Assembly: GCA_043815505.1 (NCBI GenBank)
Contig: JBDRIV010000002.1
Coordinates: 438,943 to 502,942, forward strand
From: a bacterium
Lineage (GTDB): Bacteria; Patescibacteriota; JABMPQ01; JBDRIV01
DNA: 64,000 nt
Direction of reading: 5' to 3'
Shown: positions 47,371-57,457 of the stretch, piece after piece
Numbering within the stretch: the stretch's first letter is position 1
Layout: the number at the start of each line of letters is the position of its first letter
Translations under genes and position numbers: made by a program
The notes under the pieces: model-generated
Databases searched by the model: none
What the model was told of the DNA's origin: nothing
The model's input: only the letters and a program-made list of their open reading frames with translations

Positions 47371-48659
47371 TGTCAAAAACAAAAATTATTATTGCAATCC
47401 TTGGTGGCTTAATTTTAATTTTACTGAGTAATTTTTTATTTGGCTTTGAAGCGTTTGCAAAACAGAATTTAATCAATTTAAATATTGATCTTTCAACCGT
47501 TAACAAAGGATATACAATTAATATTCCGGAAGAAAATTTAAGATTGGGAATTCAAAGCAGTTCTTATCCTTCAGAAATTAGTGTTAAAATAAATAAACAA
47601 GATATTATTTATGAAAACATTAGTGGCTATAAAAGAACCAGTCCAGTTTTTTCTTATGACATTGATAACAATGAAATAGTTTGGCCACAAAAAATGATTT
47701 GGGTAGCTGGAGAAATAAATAATAATAATCTGCGTCAGAAAAATATTGCTTACTTTGATAATAATGCTGGCCGCTGGATGTTGGCTAAAGGGTCAGTTGA
47801 TTATCAAAACGGAGAAATTAGAACAGCCCTACCGTTTCCTTATGTTGAATTTGCTGTATTTGAAAAAGAAGGATTATCTGAACCAACTATGAATTCAGTA
47901 AGTCAACCAGATATTCCTGCTCACGGTGGAATTGTAATCGATGTAGGAAGTGGAAAAATACTTTATCAGAAAAACATTGATGACGAAATGTCGCTGGCCA
48001 GTTTAACAAAACTTATTACTGCTAAAACATTTTTAAATATAAAAGGTAATTTAGACGGAGCAATTAATTATACTGCGATCGATAATAGTGCTGGAGCTAC
48101 TATAGCTTTTACCAATAACGAAAGCTTAAATATTAATGATTTATTTACAGCAGTAATTTCCGCTTCAGCTAATAATGGTGCTAAAACATTGCAAAGGGCC
48201 AGTGGTTTGAATTGGAACGATTTTATGGGTCAAATGAATGGTTATATCACAGATTTAGGCTTAATGAAAACAAAAGTCTACGAAGTCACAGGTCTTAATA
48301 GCAACAATCAAACAACAGCCAGAGAATTTGCCATCTTAGCCACTGACGCTTTCAGTCCCAAGGAAATTCTTATAGCCTCGACCAATCACGGAAAATACAT
48401 TCAGGGTCAGACAACGGGTAGAAGCTATTATATAAAAAATACCAATGATTTAGTGGCGGGAAAATATTATGTAAATGGTTCCAAGACTGGATATTTACCC
48501 CTGGCTAGTGGTGGTGATGGTTACAATTTAGCTATGAGCATTAAAGCAGCTGAAGGAAGAAATATAATTGGTGTGACTCTTGGCTCCGATGCCAAACAAA
48601 ATTCCTATAATGCCATGACCACCATGTTTGATTTCGTATTAAATAATATTTTTTACTAA
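47370..48659 (+). CDS. D-alanyl-D-alanine carboxypeptidase (S11, PBP5-like) with extra N-terminal domain
   Basis: TM anchor. SxxK (ASLTKL), SxN-like (SASANN), KTG (SKTGY). Confidence 0.7.
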   Translation: MSKTKIIIAILGGLILILLSNFLFGFEAFAKQNLINLNIDLSTVNKGYTINIPEENLRLGIQSSSYPSEISVKINKQDIIYENISGYKRTSPVFSYDIDNNEIVWPQKMIWVAGEINNNNLRQKNIAYFDNNAGRWMLAKGSVDYQNGEIRTALPFPYVEFAVFEKEGLSEPTMNSVSQPDIPAHGGIVIDVGSGKILYQKNIDDEMSLASLTKLITAKTFLNIKGNLDGAINYTAIDNSAGATIAFTNNESLNINDLFTAVISASANNGAKTLQRASGLNWNDFMGQMNGYITDLGLMKTKVYEVTGLNSNNQTTAREFAILATDAFSPKEILIASTNHGKYIQGQTTGRSYYIKNTNDLVAGKYYVNGSKTGYLPLASGGDGYNLAMSIKAAEGRNIIGVTLGSDAKQNSYNAMTTMFDFVLNNIFY

Positions 48660-49114
48660 TGGAACAGCTTTGGACAATTCTAATAGCGGCGACACCAATT
48701 TTTGAACTACGAGGTGCAATTCCAATTGCTTTAACAGTTTATGATTTAGGTGTGGTAGAAACTTATATTCTGGCAGTAATTGGAAATCTTCTACCGATTA
48801 TAATAATTTTAAAATATTTGGTTCCGGTATCTAAATGGTTATCAGAAAACTTTAAACTGTTTAAAAAGTTTTTTGATTGGTTATTTGCTCGCACTAGAAG
48901 AAAATCTAGTAAATCATATAAAAGATTTGGGGCACTAGCTTTAATAATATTTGTCGCCATTCCCTTACCTATAACTGGCGCTTGGACAGGAGCAGCCGCA
49001 GCATTTGTGTTTGGGATTCCATACTTAAAAAGTTTATCACTAATTACAATTGGTGTTTTAATCTCTGGATTAATTGTAACCTTATCAACCATCGGAGTAA
49101 TAACATTATTTTAA
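48659..49114 (+). CDS. Small membrane protein of the putative small multidrug export family
   Basis: IFELRGAIPIAL motif and 4 TM, characteristic of the Sm_multidrug_ex/COG2426 family. Confidence 0.45.
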   Translation: MEQLWTILIAATPIFELRGAIPIALTVYDLGVVETYILAVIGNLLPIIIILKYLVPVSKWLSENFKLFKKFFDWLFARTRRKSSKSYKRFGALALIIFVAIPLPITGAWTGAAAAFVFGIPYLKSLSLITIGVLISGLIVTLSTIGVITLF

Positions 49115-49118
49115 AACT

Positions 49119-49847
49119 ATGAAGAAATATTTATTTGCCAATTGGAAAATGAACAAAAATGTTAAGGAGGCAAAAGAGTTTACAAATGCTCTGGAAAAAA
49201 ATGATCAAGAAGAAAACGAAATAGTAATCTGTCCTTCAAGTATTGCCTTACAATCATTAAATGAATTCAAAAAAGAAAAAAATATCAAATTAGCATCCCA
49301 AAATATTTCGTCCAAGGAAGAAGGTGCCCTGACAGGAGAATTAGCAGCTACGCAAGTAAAAGAATTTTGTGAATACGTAATATGTGGTCACTCAGAAAGA
49401 AGGTATTATTTTGGAGAGTCAGATAAATTAATTGGTGAAAAAGTAAGAATGGTATTAAAGGAAGACATGATTCCGGTGATTTGTGTAGGTGAAACTTTAG
49501 CGGAGAAGAAGATTGGTCAAACAGAAGAGGTGGTTGGCAGTCAATTAGATATAATTTTTAAAGATGTGTCGGAACAAGATCAGGAAAAGTTCTTAATTGT
49601 TTATGAACCACGCTGGGCCATTAGCACCGCCGCAGATAATTTTGGAGAAGCGGATACACCAGCCAATGCCGAAGCGGTAGCAAAAATAATAAAGAAAAAA
49701 TATCCTAAAACAACAGTTATTTATGGTGGTTCTGTTGATCCAAATAACATAGAAAATTTCCTTAAAATGCCCAATATCTCTGGAGCTTTGGTTGGTGGGG
49801 CCAGTCTGGAAGTAGGTAAATTTAATTCCATGACAAAACTGCTATAA
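49119..49847 (+). CDS. tpiA: Triosephosphate isomerase
   Basis: NWKMN (catalytic Lys), CGHSERR (His), VYEPRWAISTA (catalytic Glu; loop-6 variant), GGSV...GALVGGASL. Confidence 0.85.
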   Translation: MKKYLFANWKMNKNVKEAKEFTNALEKNDQEENEIVICPSSIALQSLNEFKKEKNIKLASQNISSKEEGALTGELAATQVKEFCEYVICGHSERRYYFGESDKLIGEKVRMVLKEDMIPVICVGETLAEKKIGQTEEVVGSQLDIIFKDVSEQDQEKFLIVYEPRWAISTAADNFGEADTPANAEAVAKIIKKKYPKTTVIYGGSVDPNNIENFLKMPNISGALVGGASLEVGKFNSMTKLL

Positions 49848-49895
49848 ACGTGGTATAATAAAATATTATTTACGAAATTATTAAACAAAAACAAT

Positions 49896-50900
49896 ATGCC
49901 AATTAAAATTGCTATAAATGGCTTTGGTCGCATTGGACGACCTTCCTTTAAAATTGCTTTAGAGAACAAAAATGTAGAAATAGTTGCTATCAATGATTTA
50001 ACTGACAATAAAACCTTGGCCAATTTATTACAATATGACACTGCTTATGGGAAATATGGAAAAGAAGTGACCCATGACGATGATCATTTAATTGTCGACG
50101 GTAAGAAATATATAGCTTTGTCAGAACCTGATCCAACAAAGTTGCCCTGGAAGGATTTAAATGTGGATGTGGTTTTAGAATGTACAGGAGTTTTTCGTGA
50201 TTCCGAAGGAGCAATGAAACATATTTCTGCTGGAGCTAAAACAGTTTTACTATCAGCTCCAGGAAAATCAAAAGACATTCAAACCTTTGTTAAGGGAGTA
50301 AATAATGACAGTTTTGACAAAGAAAATAATAAAATTGTTTCTAATGCATCCTGTACGACCAATTGTATTGCGCCAGTAATGGCAGTTCTGCAAAACAGTT
50401 TTGGTGTAGCCAAGGCTTTTATGACTACCGTTCATTCTTATACCGCCGACCAAAATATTGTTGATGGACCGCATAAAGATTTGCGTCGTGGTAGAACTGC
50501 CGGGCAAAATATTGTTCCCACCACAACTGGGGCAGCTATTGCAACCACAAAAACAATTCCAAAGCTGGAAGGAAAATTTGATGGGATGGCCATCAGAATT
50601 CCTACACAAGTTGGTTCGCTTTCAGATATTACAGCCGTTTTAAGCAAAGATGTAACAGTAGAAGATATTAATAAGGTTCTAACTGAAGCAAGTAAAAACC
50701 CAATTTACAAAGGAATATTGGAAGTTACCAGCGAAGCAATAGTCTCATCCGATATAATTGCCAATCCTCATTCAGCTATAGTTGATTTATCTTTTACCAA
50801 GGTTGTAGGAGGAAATTTAGTAAAAGTTCTGGCTTGGTATGACAACGAATGGGGATATTCTAATAGATTAATCGAAATAGCTGAACAGTTTGGAAAATAA
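49896..50900 (+). CDS. gap: Glyceraldehyde-3-phosphate dehydrogenase
   Basis: INGFGRIGR NAD motif and catalytic SNASCTTNC. Confidence 0.9.
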   Translation: MPIKIAINGFGRIGRPSFKIALENKNVEIVAINDLTDNKTLANLLQYDTAYGKYGKEVTHDDDHLIVDGKKYIALSEPDPTKLPWKDLNVDVVLECTGVFRDSEGAMKHISAGAKTVLLSAPGKSKDIQTFVKGVNNDSFDKENNKIVSNASCTTNCIAPVMAVLQNSFGVAKAFMTTVHSYTADQNIVDGPHKDLRRGRTAGQNIVPTTTGAAIATTKTIPKLEGKFDGMAIRIPTQVGSLSDITAVLSKDVTVEDINKVLTEASKNPIYKGILEVTSEAIVSSDIIANPHSAIVDLSFTKVVGGNLVKVLAWYDNEWGYSNRLIEIAEQFGK

Positions 50901-52109
50901 ATGAAGGAATATTTTACAATTGATGATTTTGATTATGCCGACAAAGTTGTTTTGGTAAGAATTAATGCTGATAGTCCAATTGTTAATGGTAAGGTAGAAG
51001 ATAATCCTAGATTATCTGAAGATGCCAAACTATTAGGTAATTTGGCTAGCAAAAATGCTAAAGTAGTTGCTTTGGGACACCAAAGTCGTCCTGGCAAAGA
51101 TGATTGTATTTCACTTCGTGATCACGCTAAAATTTATGCAGAAAAAACTGGATTAAAAATTAAATTTGTAGATGATATTTTTGGAGAGAAAACTATAAAA
51201 GCAATCAGACATTTAAAATCTGGTGAAATATTGATTTTAGATAATGCTCGCTTTTATGAAGGTGAAATGGTGGAAAAAACTTCTGCCGAACATCACGAAT
51301 CAGAGTTAGTTCAAGGACTAGAAAAGGAAATCGATTATGTGGTACAAAATGCTTTTACCAATGCTCATCGAGCTCATGCCAGTATGATTGGTTTTACAGA
51401 GGTTCCCAATATTGCTGGACCGTTATTTAATAAAGAGATTTCGTCTATAAATGAATTTATAAATAATACTGACCCATTAACTTTAGTTTTGGGCGGTTTA
51501 AAAATTGATGATTATTTAGTTATAATAGAGAAATGTTTAAAGGATAATTCCGCAGAAAAAATAATAGCTGGTGGTGCTTTAGGAGAATTATGTCTAATGG
51601 CCAAAGGAATAAGACTGGGAGCTAAAGAAGTATTTTTTGAAAAAGAATTGCTTGATATGATACCCAAACTGAAAACACTATTGGAAAAATATGATAAGAA
51701 ATGGTTACTACCAGAGGATGTAGCAATAAGTAAAAATAATAGTAGAAAAAATATTTGCATAGCAAATTTACCAACAGAAGAAATGATTTTTGATATTGGT
51801 GATGCCACGATAGATAGTTTTACTAAAGAAATAAATAAGGCTAAAAAACTATATGTCAAAGGTCCAATGGGGGCTTATGATAAAGAAGGATTTACCAAAG
51901 GAAGTAGAACTATTATGAAAGTAATTGCAGAGAGTAAAGCTGTTTCGTTAGTGGGAGGTGGTCATAGTTCCGATTTAGCAGAAGAAACAAAATCTGGAAA
52001 TTTTAATCATGTAAGTTTAGCTGGCGGAGCCACTCTTAAAATGATAGCTGGTGAAGAATTACCAACCACTAAATTTCTAAAATCTAACTACATAAAATTT
52101 AAATCATGA
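50901..52109 (+). CDS. pgk: Phosphoglycerate kinase
   Basis: Two-domain PGK. VLVRINADSPIVNGKVEDNPRL N-domain, GGGHSSD and GGGA hinge motifs. Confidence 0.9.
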   Translation: MKEYFTIDDFDYADKVVLVRINADSPIVNGKVEDNPRLSEDAKLLGNLASKNAKVVALGHQSRPGKDDCISLRDHAKIYAEKTGLKIKFVDDIFGEKTIKAIRHLKSGEILILDNARFYEGEMVEKTSAEHHESELVQGLEKEIDYVVQNAFTNAHRAHASMIGFTEVPNIAGPLFNKEISSINEFINNTDPLTLVLGGLKIDDYLVIIEKCLKDNSAEKIIAGGALGELCLMAKGIRLGAKEVFFEKELLDMIPKLKTLLEKYDKKWLLPEDVAISKNNSRKNICIANLPTEEMIFDIGDATIDSFTKEINKAKKLYVKGPMGAYDKEGFTKGSRTIMKVIAESKAVSLVGGGHSSDLAEETKSGNFNHVSLAGGATLKMIAGEELPTTKFLKSNYIKFKS

Positions 52110-53377
52110 TAAATACTATTGAACATATATATGCTCGCGAAATTCTAGATTCTCGTGGTAATCCCACGGTTTGTGTTGATGTTATTTTAGATAACGGAAA
52201 AAAGGGTGTGAGTGCCGTTCCTTCAGGAGCCTCGGCTGGAATTCATGAAGCTTTGGAACTCAGGGATAACAATATGGCTAGATATTTAGGCAAAGGTGTT
52301 AAAAATGCCGTGGAAAACATTAACAATATTATTGCTAGGGAATTAAAAGGAAAAAGTATTTTAGATCAGGAAAATATTGATAATCTACTTATAGATTTAG
52401 ATGGCACCCATCAAAAATCATATTTGGGTGCTAACGCAATTTTAGGTGTTTCCATGGCTTGCATCAGAGCTCATGCTGTGGCTCGGAACATGGAATTGTT
52501 TAAGGTAATAGCTGATATTTATGGTAATAAAAAAGACTATTTTATACCCACCCCTATGGTTAATATAATTAACGGTGGTAAGCATGCAGATACTAACCTA
52601 AATTTTCAAGAGTTTATGGTCGTACCAGCTAGTGATATTGATTACAAAGAACAACTTCGTTTGGTTTCGGAAGTATTTCATACATTAGCCACTGTTATGA
52701 AATTAAAAAAATTAGATACTGATACTGGTAATGAAGGTGGTTATGCTCCAGATGTAAAATCAAATGAACAACCTTTAGAACTTTTATGTGAAACCTTTGA
52801 TCAAATGCAATACGAACCTGGTAAGGATGTTTTTATTGCGATGGATGTGGCTGCTTCAACCTTTTATAATCCGGGAGATAAAAATTACCATTTATCAGTA
52901 GACAATAAGAAATATAGTGTGGAGCAGATGATAAGTTTGTATAAGAAATTTGTCAATAAATATCCCATTGTTTCAATTGAAGATCCTTTAAATGAGGATG
53001 ATTTTTCTGGGTGGGCTAATCTTAGACAAAAGCTGGGTGAGAATATTATGATTGTAGGTGACGATATTTTTGTAACCAATGTAGAGCGTCTAAAACAAGG
53101 GGTAGAAAAAGGAAGTGCTAATTCAGTTATTATAAAACCAAATCAGGTGGGAACAATTACTGAAACATTTAATTGTATTCGTTTTGCTCGTGATAACGGA
53201 ATTACAACTGTAGTTTCTCATCGTTCTGGTGAAACAATTGACGACACCATTGCTGACATTGCAGTTGGTACCGGTTCCGAATTTATAAAAGCAGGATCTT
53301 GTGCGCACGGTGAACGAGTAGCCAAATATAATCGCTTATTATTGATTGAAGAAAAAATAAAGAAAGATGCAGAATAA
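52106..53377 (+). CDS. eno: Enolase
   Basis: IYAREILDSRGNPTV N-terminus. Metal-binding and catalytic motifs (SHRSGETIDDTIADIAVG, IKPNQVGTITE). Confidence 0.9.
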   Translation: MINTIEHIYAREILDSRGNPTVCVDVILDNGKKGVSAVPSGASAGIHEALELRDNNMARYLGKGVKNAVENINNIIARELKGKSILDQENIDNLLIDLDGTHQKSYLGANAILGVSMACIRAHAVARNMELFKVIADIYGNKKDYFIPTPMVNIINGGKHADTNLNFQEFMVVPASDIDYKEQLRLVSEVFHTLATVMKLKKLDTDTGNEGGYAPDVKSNEQPLELLCETFDQMQYEPGKDVFIAMDVAASTFYNPGDKNYHLSVDNKKYSVEQMISLYKKFVNKYPIVSIEDPLNEDDFSGWANLRQKLGENIMIVGDDIFVTNVERLKQGVEKGSANSVIIKPNQVGTITETFNCIRFARDNGITTVVSHRSGETIDDTIADIAVGTGSEFIKAGSCAHGERVAKYNRLLLIEEKIKKDAE

Positions 53378-54957
53378 AGAAAATAAAAAAATTGTTTTAT
53401 TAGTTTCTCTTGACGGTTGGGGAATAGCCCCACCGTCTCGTGGTAATGCCATTGAACTTGCTAAAACTCCCGTTTATGACAGTTTATTAATGGAATTTCC
53501 TCATGCCACTCTACAAGCCAGTGGTGAAAGTGTGGGATTGCCCTGGCAAGAAATGGGAAATTCAGAAGTTGGTCATATGAATATGGGAAGTGGAAGAATT
53601 ATTTATCAGGATTTAGTGAAAATAAATAAAAGTGTTATGAATGGTTCTTTTTTACATAATCCCGCTTTTAGGGAAGCAACAGCTCACGTTAAGAAAAATA
53701 ATTCTGCTTTGCATTTTATGGGCTTAATGAGTCCAGGCGGAGTTCATAGTCACATGAGTCATTTGTTTGCTTTGATTCAAATGGCCAAAAAGGAAAAAAT
53801 TGAAAAAGTTTACATCCACATTTTTGCTGATGGTAGAGATACGCCACCAAAAAGCATTCTCCAATATTTGCCTGAGCTGCAAAAAGCTATAAAAAAAAAA
53901 TAAAACTGGAGAAATTGCGACTGTAATAGGAAGATTTTATGCTTTAGATAGAGATAGAAGATGGGATCGAATAAAAAAAACTTATGATGCCATTGTCCAT
54001 GGTCGTGGTATAACAGCTAAAACTCCAGAAGAGGCAATAAATGAGTCTTACAAAAAGGAAATTGCTGACGAAGAAATTGAACCAACGGTTATTGAAAAAA
54101 AAGGAAAACCGGTTGCGACTTTAAATGATAATGATGCTGTTATATTTTTTGATTATCGTGCAGATCGAGCGAGACAACTTACTAAAGCTATTATTGTACC
54201 TGGATTTAATAAGTTTGAATTAGGTGAACAAAGAAAGAATCTAAAATTTGTAACCATGACAGAATACGATTTGGATTTACCTGTCAGTGTTGCTTTTCCC
54301 AGAGAAGAAGTTAAAAATTCATTGGGAGAAGTTTTAAGTAATAATAGTATGAAACAATTTCGTGTAGCAGAAACTGAAAAATACGCCCACGTTACATTTT
54401 TTTTCAACTGTGGACAAGTTGACCCCTTTCCAGGCGAGGAAAGAGAGCTTGTTTCCTCACCGATGGTAAATCACTATAATGATGTTCCAGAAATGAGCGC
54501 CTTACCAATAACAGATATAACTGTTAAAGCGGTTTTGTCTAAAAAGTACAATTTTATTTTATTAAATTATGCCAACGCAGATATGCTTGGTCACACCGGT
54601 GATATTGACGCCACCATTAAAGGTATAGAAGTTATTGACAATCAGCTAGGAAAATTAAAAGAAGCAATTTTGCAGATTGGTGGAACGATGGTAATTACTG
54701 CTGATCATGGGAATTGCGAAGTAATGCGTAATTCCAAGACTGGAGAAATTGATAAAGAGCATACCGCCAATCCCGTACCTTTAATCCTTGTTGGCAAAGA
54801 AAAATTGAATCCACAATTAAAAGAAAAACCTGATTTAAGTATTTTGGCACCCTACGGAGTACTAGGAGATATCGCTCCTACAATTTTAGAAATTCTCAAT
54901 ATTCCTAAACCCGAAGAAATGACAGGAATAAGTTTATATAAAATATTGAAACAATAA
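53367..54957 (+). pseudogene. gpmI: 2,3-bisphosphoglycerate-independent phosphoglycerate mutase interrupted by a +1 frameshift in an A10 homopolymer
   Basis: Frame A (53367-53903) encodes the iPGM N-terminus (LLVSLDGWGIAPPSRGNAI...SEVGHMNMG). Frame A+1 is open from 53893 to 54957 and encodes the rest (KTGEIATVIGRFYALDRDRRWDR...FNCGQVDPF...ANADMLGHTGD...ADHGN). The frames switch inside AAAAAAAAAA at 53891-53900. Combined length ~530 aa, as expected for iPGM. Confidence 0.75.
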
Positions 54958-54966
54958 TTTAAAATT

Positions 54967-55542
54967 ATGAATAAAATCAAAGTTAAAATAGAAGTATCGG
55001 CCAAACATCTTCATATCTCCAGAGAAGATTTAGATGTTTTATTCGGTAAGGATTATGAACTGAAGAAAAAGAAAGACTTATCTCAAACTGGAGAATTTGC
55101 ATCTGAGGAAAAAGTAGATTTAATAAATGGAGATAAAAAATTAGAGGGTATTAGAATTGTGGGGCCTATAAGAAAGAAAACGCAAATTGAATTAGCCATA
55201 ACTGATGCTATAAAACTTGGAATAAAACCACCGCTTAGAATTTCTGGTAACACAGAAAATTCAGAAACTGTAAAAGTGGTAGGGCCTAAGGGAACTTTGG
55301 AATTGAAAGAAGGAGTAATTATAGCTAAAAGACATTTGCACATTTCAACAGCTGAAGCTGAAAATTATGGTCTGAAAAACAATCAGGTTGTAAAATTGAA
55401 AATTCTAGGTGAAAGAAAATTAGTTTTTGATGAAATAGTTGTTCGGATTGCAGATAATTACAAATTTATGATTCATCTAGACACAGACGAAGCCAACGCC
55501 GCTCATATTTCAAATATGGATGAAGGAGAAATAATTATTTGA
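54967..55542 (+). CDS. pduL: PduL-type phosphate acyltransferase (phosphotransacetylase, EutD-unrelated family)
   Basis: Two PduL repeats each with an H-x-H motif (EVSAKHLHISREDLDVLFG; IIAKRHLHISTAEAENYGL). Confidence 0.65.
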   Translation: MNKIKVKIEVSAKHLHISREDLDVLFGKDYELKKKKDLSQTGEFASEEKVDLINGDKKLEGIRIVGPIRKKTQIELAITDAIKLGIKPPLRISGNTENSETVKVVGPKGTLELKEGVIIAKRHLHISTAEAENYGLKNNQVVKLKILGERKLVFDEIVVRIADNYKFMIHLDTDEANAAHISNMDEGEIII

Positions 55543-56591
55543 AGATGAAATTCATTTTAGTTTTCAATGCCGGGAGCACATCGCTGAAATACAAATTGTT
55601 TTCTAACAAAACAAGTTTTTTGCGACTAGAAAAAGAAGGTTATATTGAAAATTTAGGAACTAAAACAAAAAACCATAAGCAGGCAGTTAGAAAAATTAGT
55701 AAGGAAATTAAAAACTATAAAATTGACTATATTGGGCACAGAATTGTTCATGGGGGAGCAAAATATAAAAATCTAACCAGAATTAATAAAGACGTATTAA
55801 AGGAAATTAAAAATTTAATACCTCTGGCACCACTGCACAACAAACCTGGTTTAGAAGTAGTTGAAGAAGCCTTAAAGCTTTTTCCAGCCACTAAATCTTA
55901 TGCCATGTTTGACACTGGTTTCTATCACTCTTTGGCTGAGGAGACAAGAAATTATGCCTTGCCGCGAACTATAGTAGAAAAACTAAAAATAAAAAGATAT
56001 GGTTTTCATGGGATTTCTCATGAATTTGTGGCCGAAAAAGCTTCACAAATATTACATAAATCTTTAAGTAACCTAAATTTAATTACAGTGCATTTGGGTG
56101 GTGGTGCCAGTATCACCGCCATTGAACAAGGTATTGCCAAAGACACGAGCATGGGATTCACGCCATTGGAAGGATTAATAATGATGACACGATCGGGAGA
56201 TATTGATCCCGCCATTCCACTTTGGTTGATGGAAAAAGGAAAGTATTCGTTAGCAAAAACGAAAGAAATTCTCGAGAAAGAAAGCGGCCTGTATGGAATG
56301 ACCAAACAAAAAGATATGTTAAAAATTATTAAAAGAGTTAGAGAAGGTGATAACAGAGCAAAAAATGCTTATAACATGTATTGTTACAGAGTAAAAAAAT
56401 ATATTGGATCATATAGGGCCATTCTTAAAGATGTTAACGCCTTAGTTTTCACTGGTGCAGTGGGAGCTGGTGATTCGTTAACCAGAACAACAATTCTTAA
56501 AGATTTAAATATTATAAAAGGAATTCCTGTTTTAACAATTCCTACCGACGAAGAATTTATGATCGCTAGTAAAATTAATAATAAAATATGA
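55539..56591 (+). CDS. ackA: Acetate (propionate) kinase
   Basis: LVFNAGSTSLKYKLF phosphate-1 motif and GFHGISHEFV. ASKHG-fold kinase, somewhat short at 350 aa. Confidence 0.8.
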   Translation: MKMKFILVFNAGSTSLKYKLFSNKTSFLRLEKEGYIENLGTKTKNHKQAVRKISKEIKNYKIDYIGHRIVHGGAKYKNLTRINKDVLKEIKNLIPLAPLHNKPGLEVVEEALKLFPATKSYAMFDTGFYHSLAEETRNYALPRTIVEKLKIKRYGFHGISHEFVAEKASQILHKSLSNLNLITVHLGGGASITAIEQGIAKDTSMGFTPLEGLIMMTRSGDIDPAIPLWLMEKGKYSLAKTKEILEKESGLYGMTKQKDMLKIIKRVREGDNRAKNAYNMYCYRVKKYIGSYRAILKDVNALVFTGAVGAGDSLTRTTILKDLNIIKGIPVLTIPTDEEFMIASKINNKI

Positions 56592-57457
56592 TGTATTGGG
56601 GTTTTGATATCGGTGGCACAAAAATAGCAGCCGGTATTGTTAAAAACAATAAAATTATAAAAAAGTTAGTCATAGTTCACCATTTAAAAAGAGGGAGAAA
56701 ATATTTTGATAAAACTCTAAATACCATTATTGATGATTTGCTAGTATTTGGAAAACCTAAGGGAGTTGGAATTGGAGTGAAGGGCATAGTAAGTCAGAAA
56801 GAGAAAACAATAAAATCAGAAGTTCTGAAAGGAATTAATATTGTTGCTTTAATAAAAAAGAAAGTTGGAAATGTTAAAATAAAAATTGACAACGATGCTT
56901 CTACCTTTACTTTATACGAAAGTGTTTTTGGAAAAGCTAAAAAAGAAAATTATGTTTTTGGTTTAACACTAGGGACAGGAATTGGTACAGGATTTACAAT
57001 AGATAACAAGATTTATAGAGACAGAGGTTATGTCTTAGAACTGGGCCACATGATAATCCAAGTTGATGGCAGAAAATTAAATGGTAGACAAGGAACTTTA
57101 GAGATTTATTCTTCTGGTTCAGGAATTGAAGATGCTTATTTAAAAAGGTATAAAAAAAGAAAAAAAAGTAGACAAATATTTGCTGATGCCAGAAACAAAT
57201 CAAGTAAAGATTGTGCTATTGTAAAAGAAGGAGCAGAATATTTAGGTATCGGTTTAGTAAATATTATAAACATATTTCATCCCGATTGTATTGTTATTGG
57301 TGGCGGCCTGTCGGAAAATAAATGGTATATAGAATTAGCTAAAAAGGAAATCAAGAAAAGGATTAAACACATAAGCTTGGGAACAAAAGTAATTATCACC
57401 AGTAATCAATTAAATTCAGCTATAATTGGACCAACTTTACTACTAACACATGGATAA
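56588..57457 (+). CDS. ROK/BadF-type sugar kinase (glucokinase-like) lacking the Cys zinc motif
   Basis: WGFDIGGTKIAAGIV and GTGIGTGF ATP-binding motifs. The usual CxCGxxGCxE zinc region is replaced by ELGHMIIQVDG. Confidence 0.6.
   Translation: MMYWGFDIGGTKIAAGIVKNNKIIKKLVIVHHLKRGRKYFDKTLNTIIDDLLVFGKPKGVGIGVKGIVSQKEKTIKSEVLKGINIVALIKKKVGNVKIKIDNDASTFTLYESVFGKAKKENYVFGLTLGTGIGTGFTIDNKIYRDRGYVLELGHMIIQVDGRKLNGRQGTLEIYSSGSGIEDAYLKRYKKRKKSRQIFADARNKSSKDCAIVKEGAEYLGIGLVNIINIFHPDCIVIGGGLSENKWYIELAKKEIKKRIKHISLGTKVIITSNQLNSAIIGPTLLLTHG

Noticed and set aside
53367-54957. Treating 53367..53903 and 54256..54957 as two separate small genes
   Set aside because: The second frame is open continuously from 53893 and encodes the contiguous middle and C-terminal parts of iPGM. 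The two pieces are one gene split by a homopolymer frameshift.
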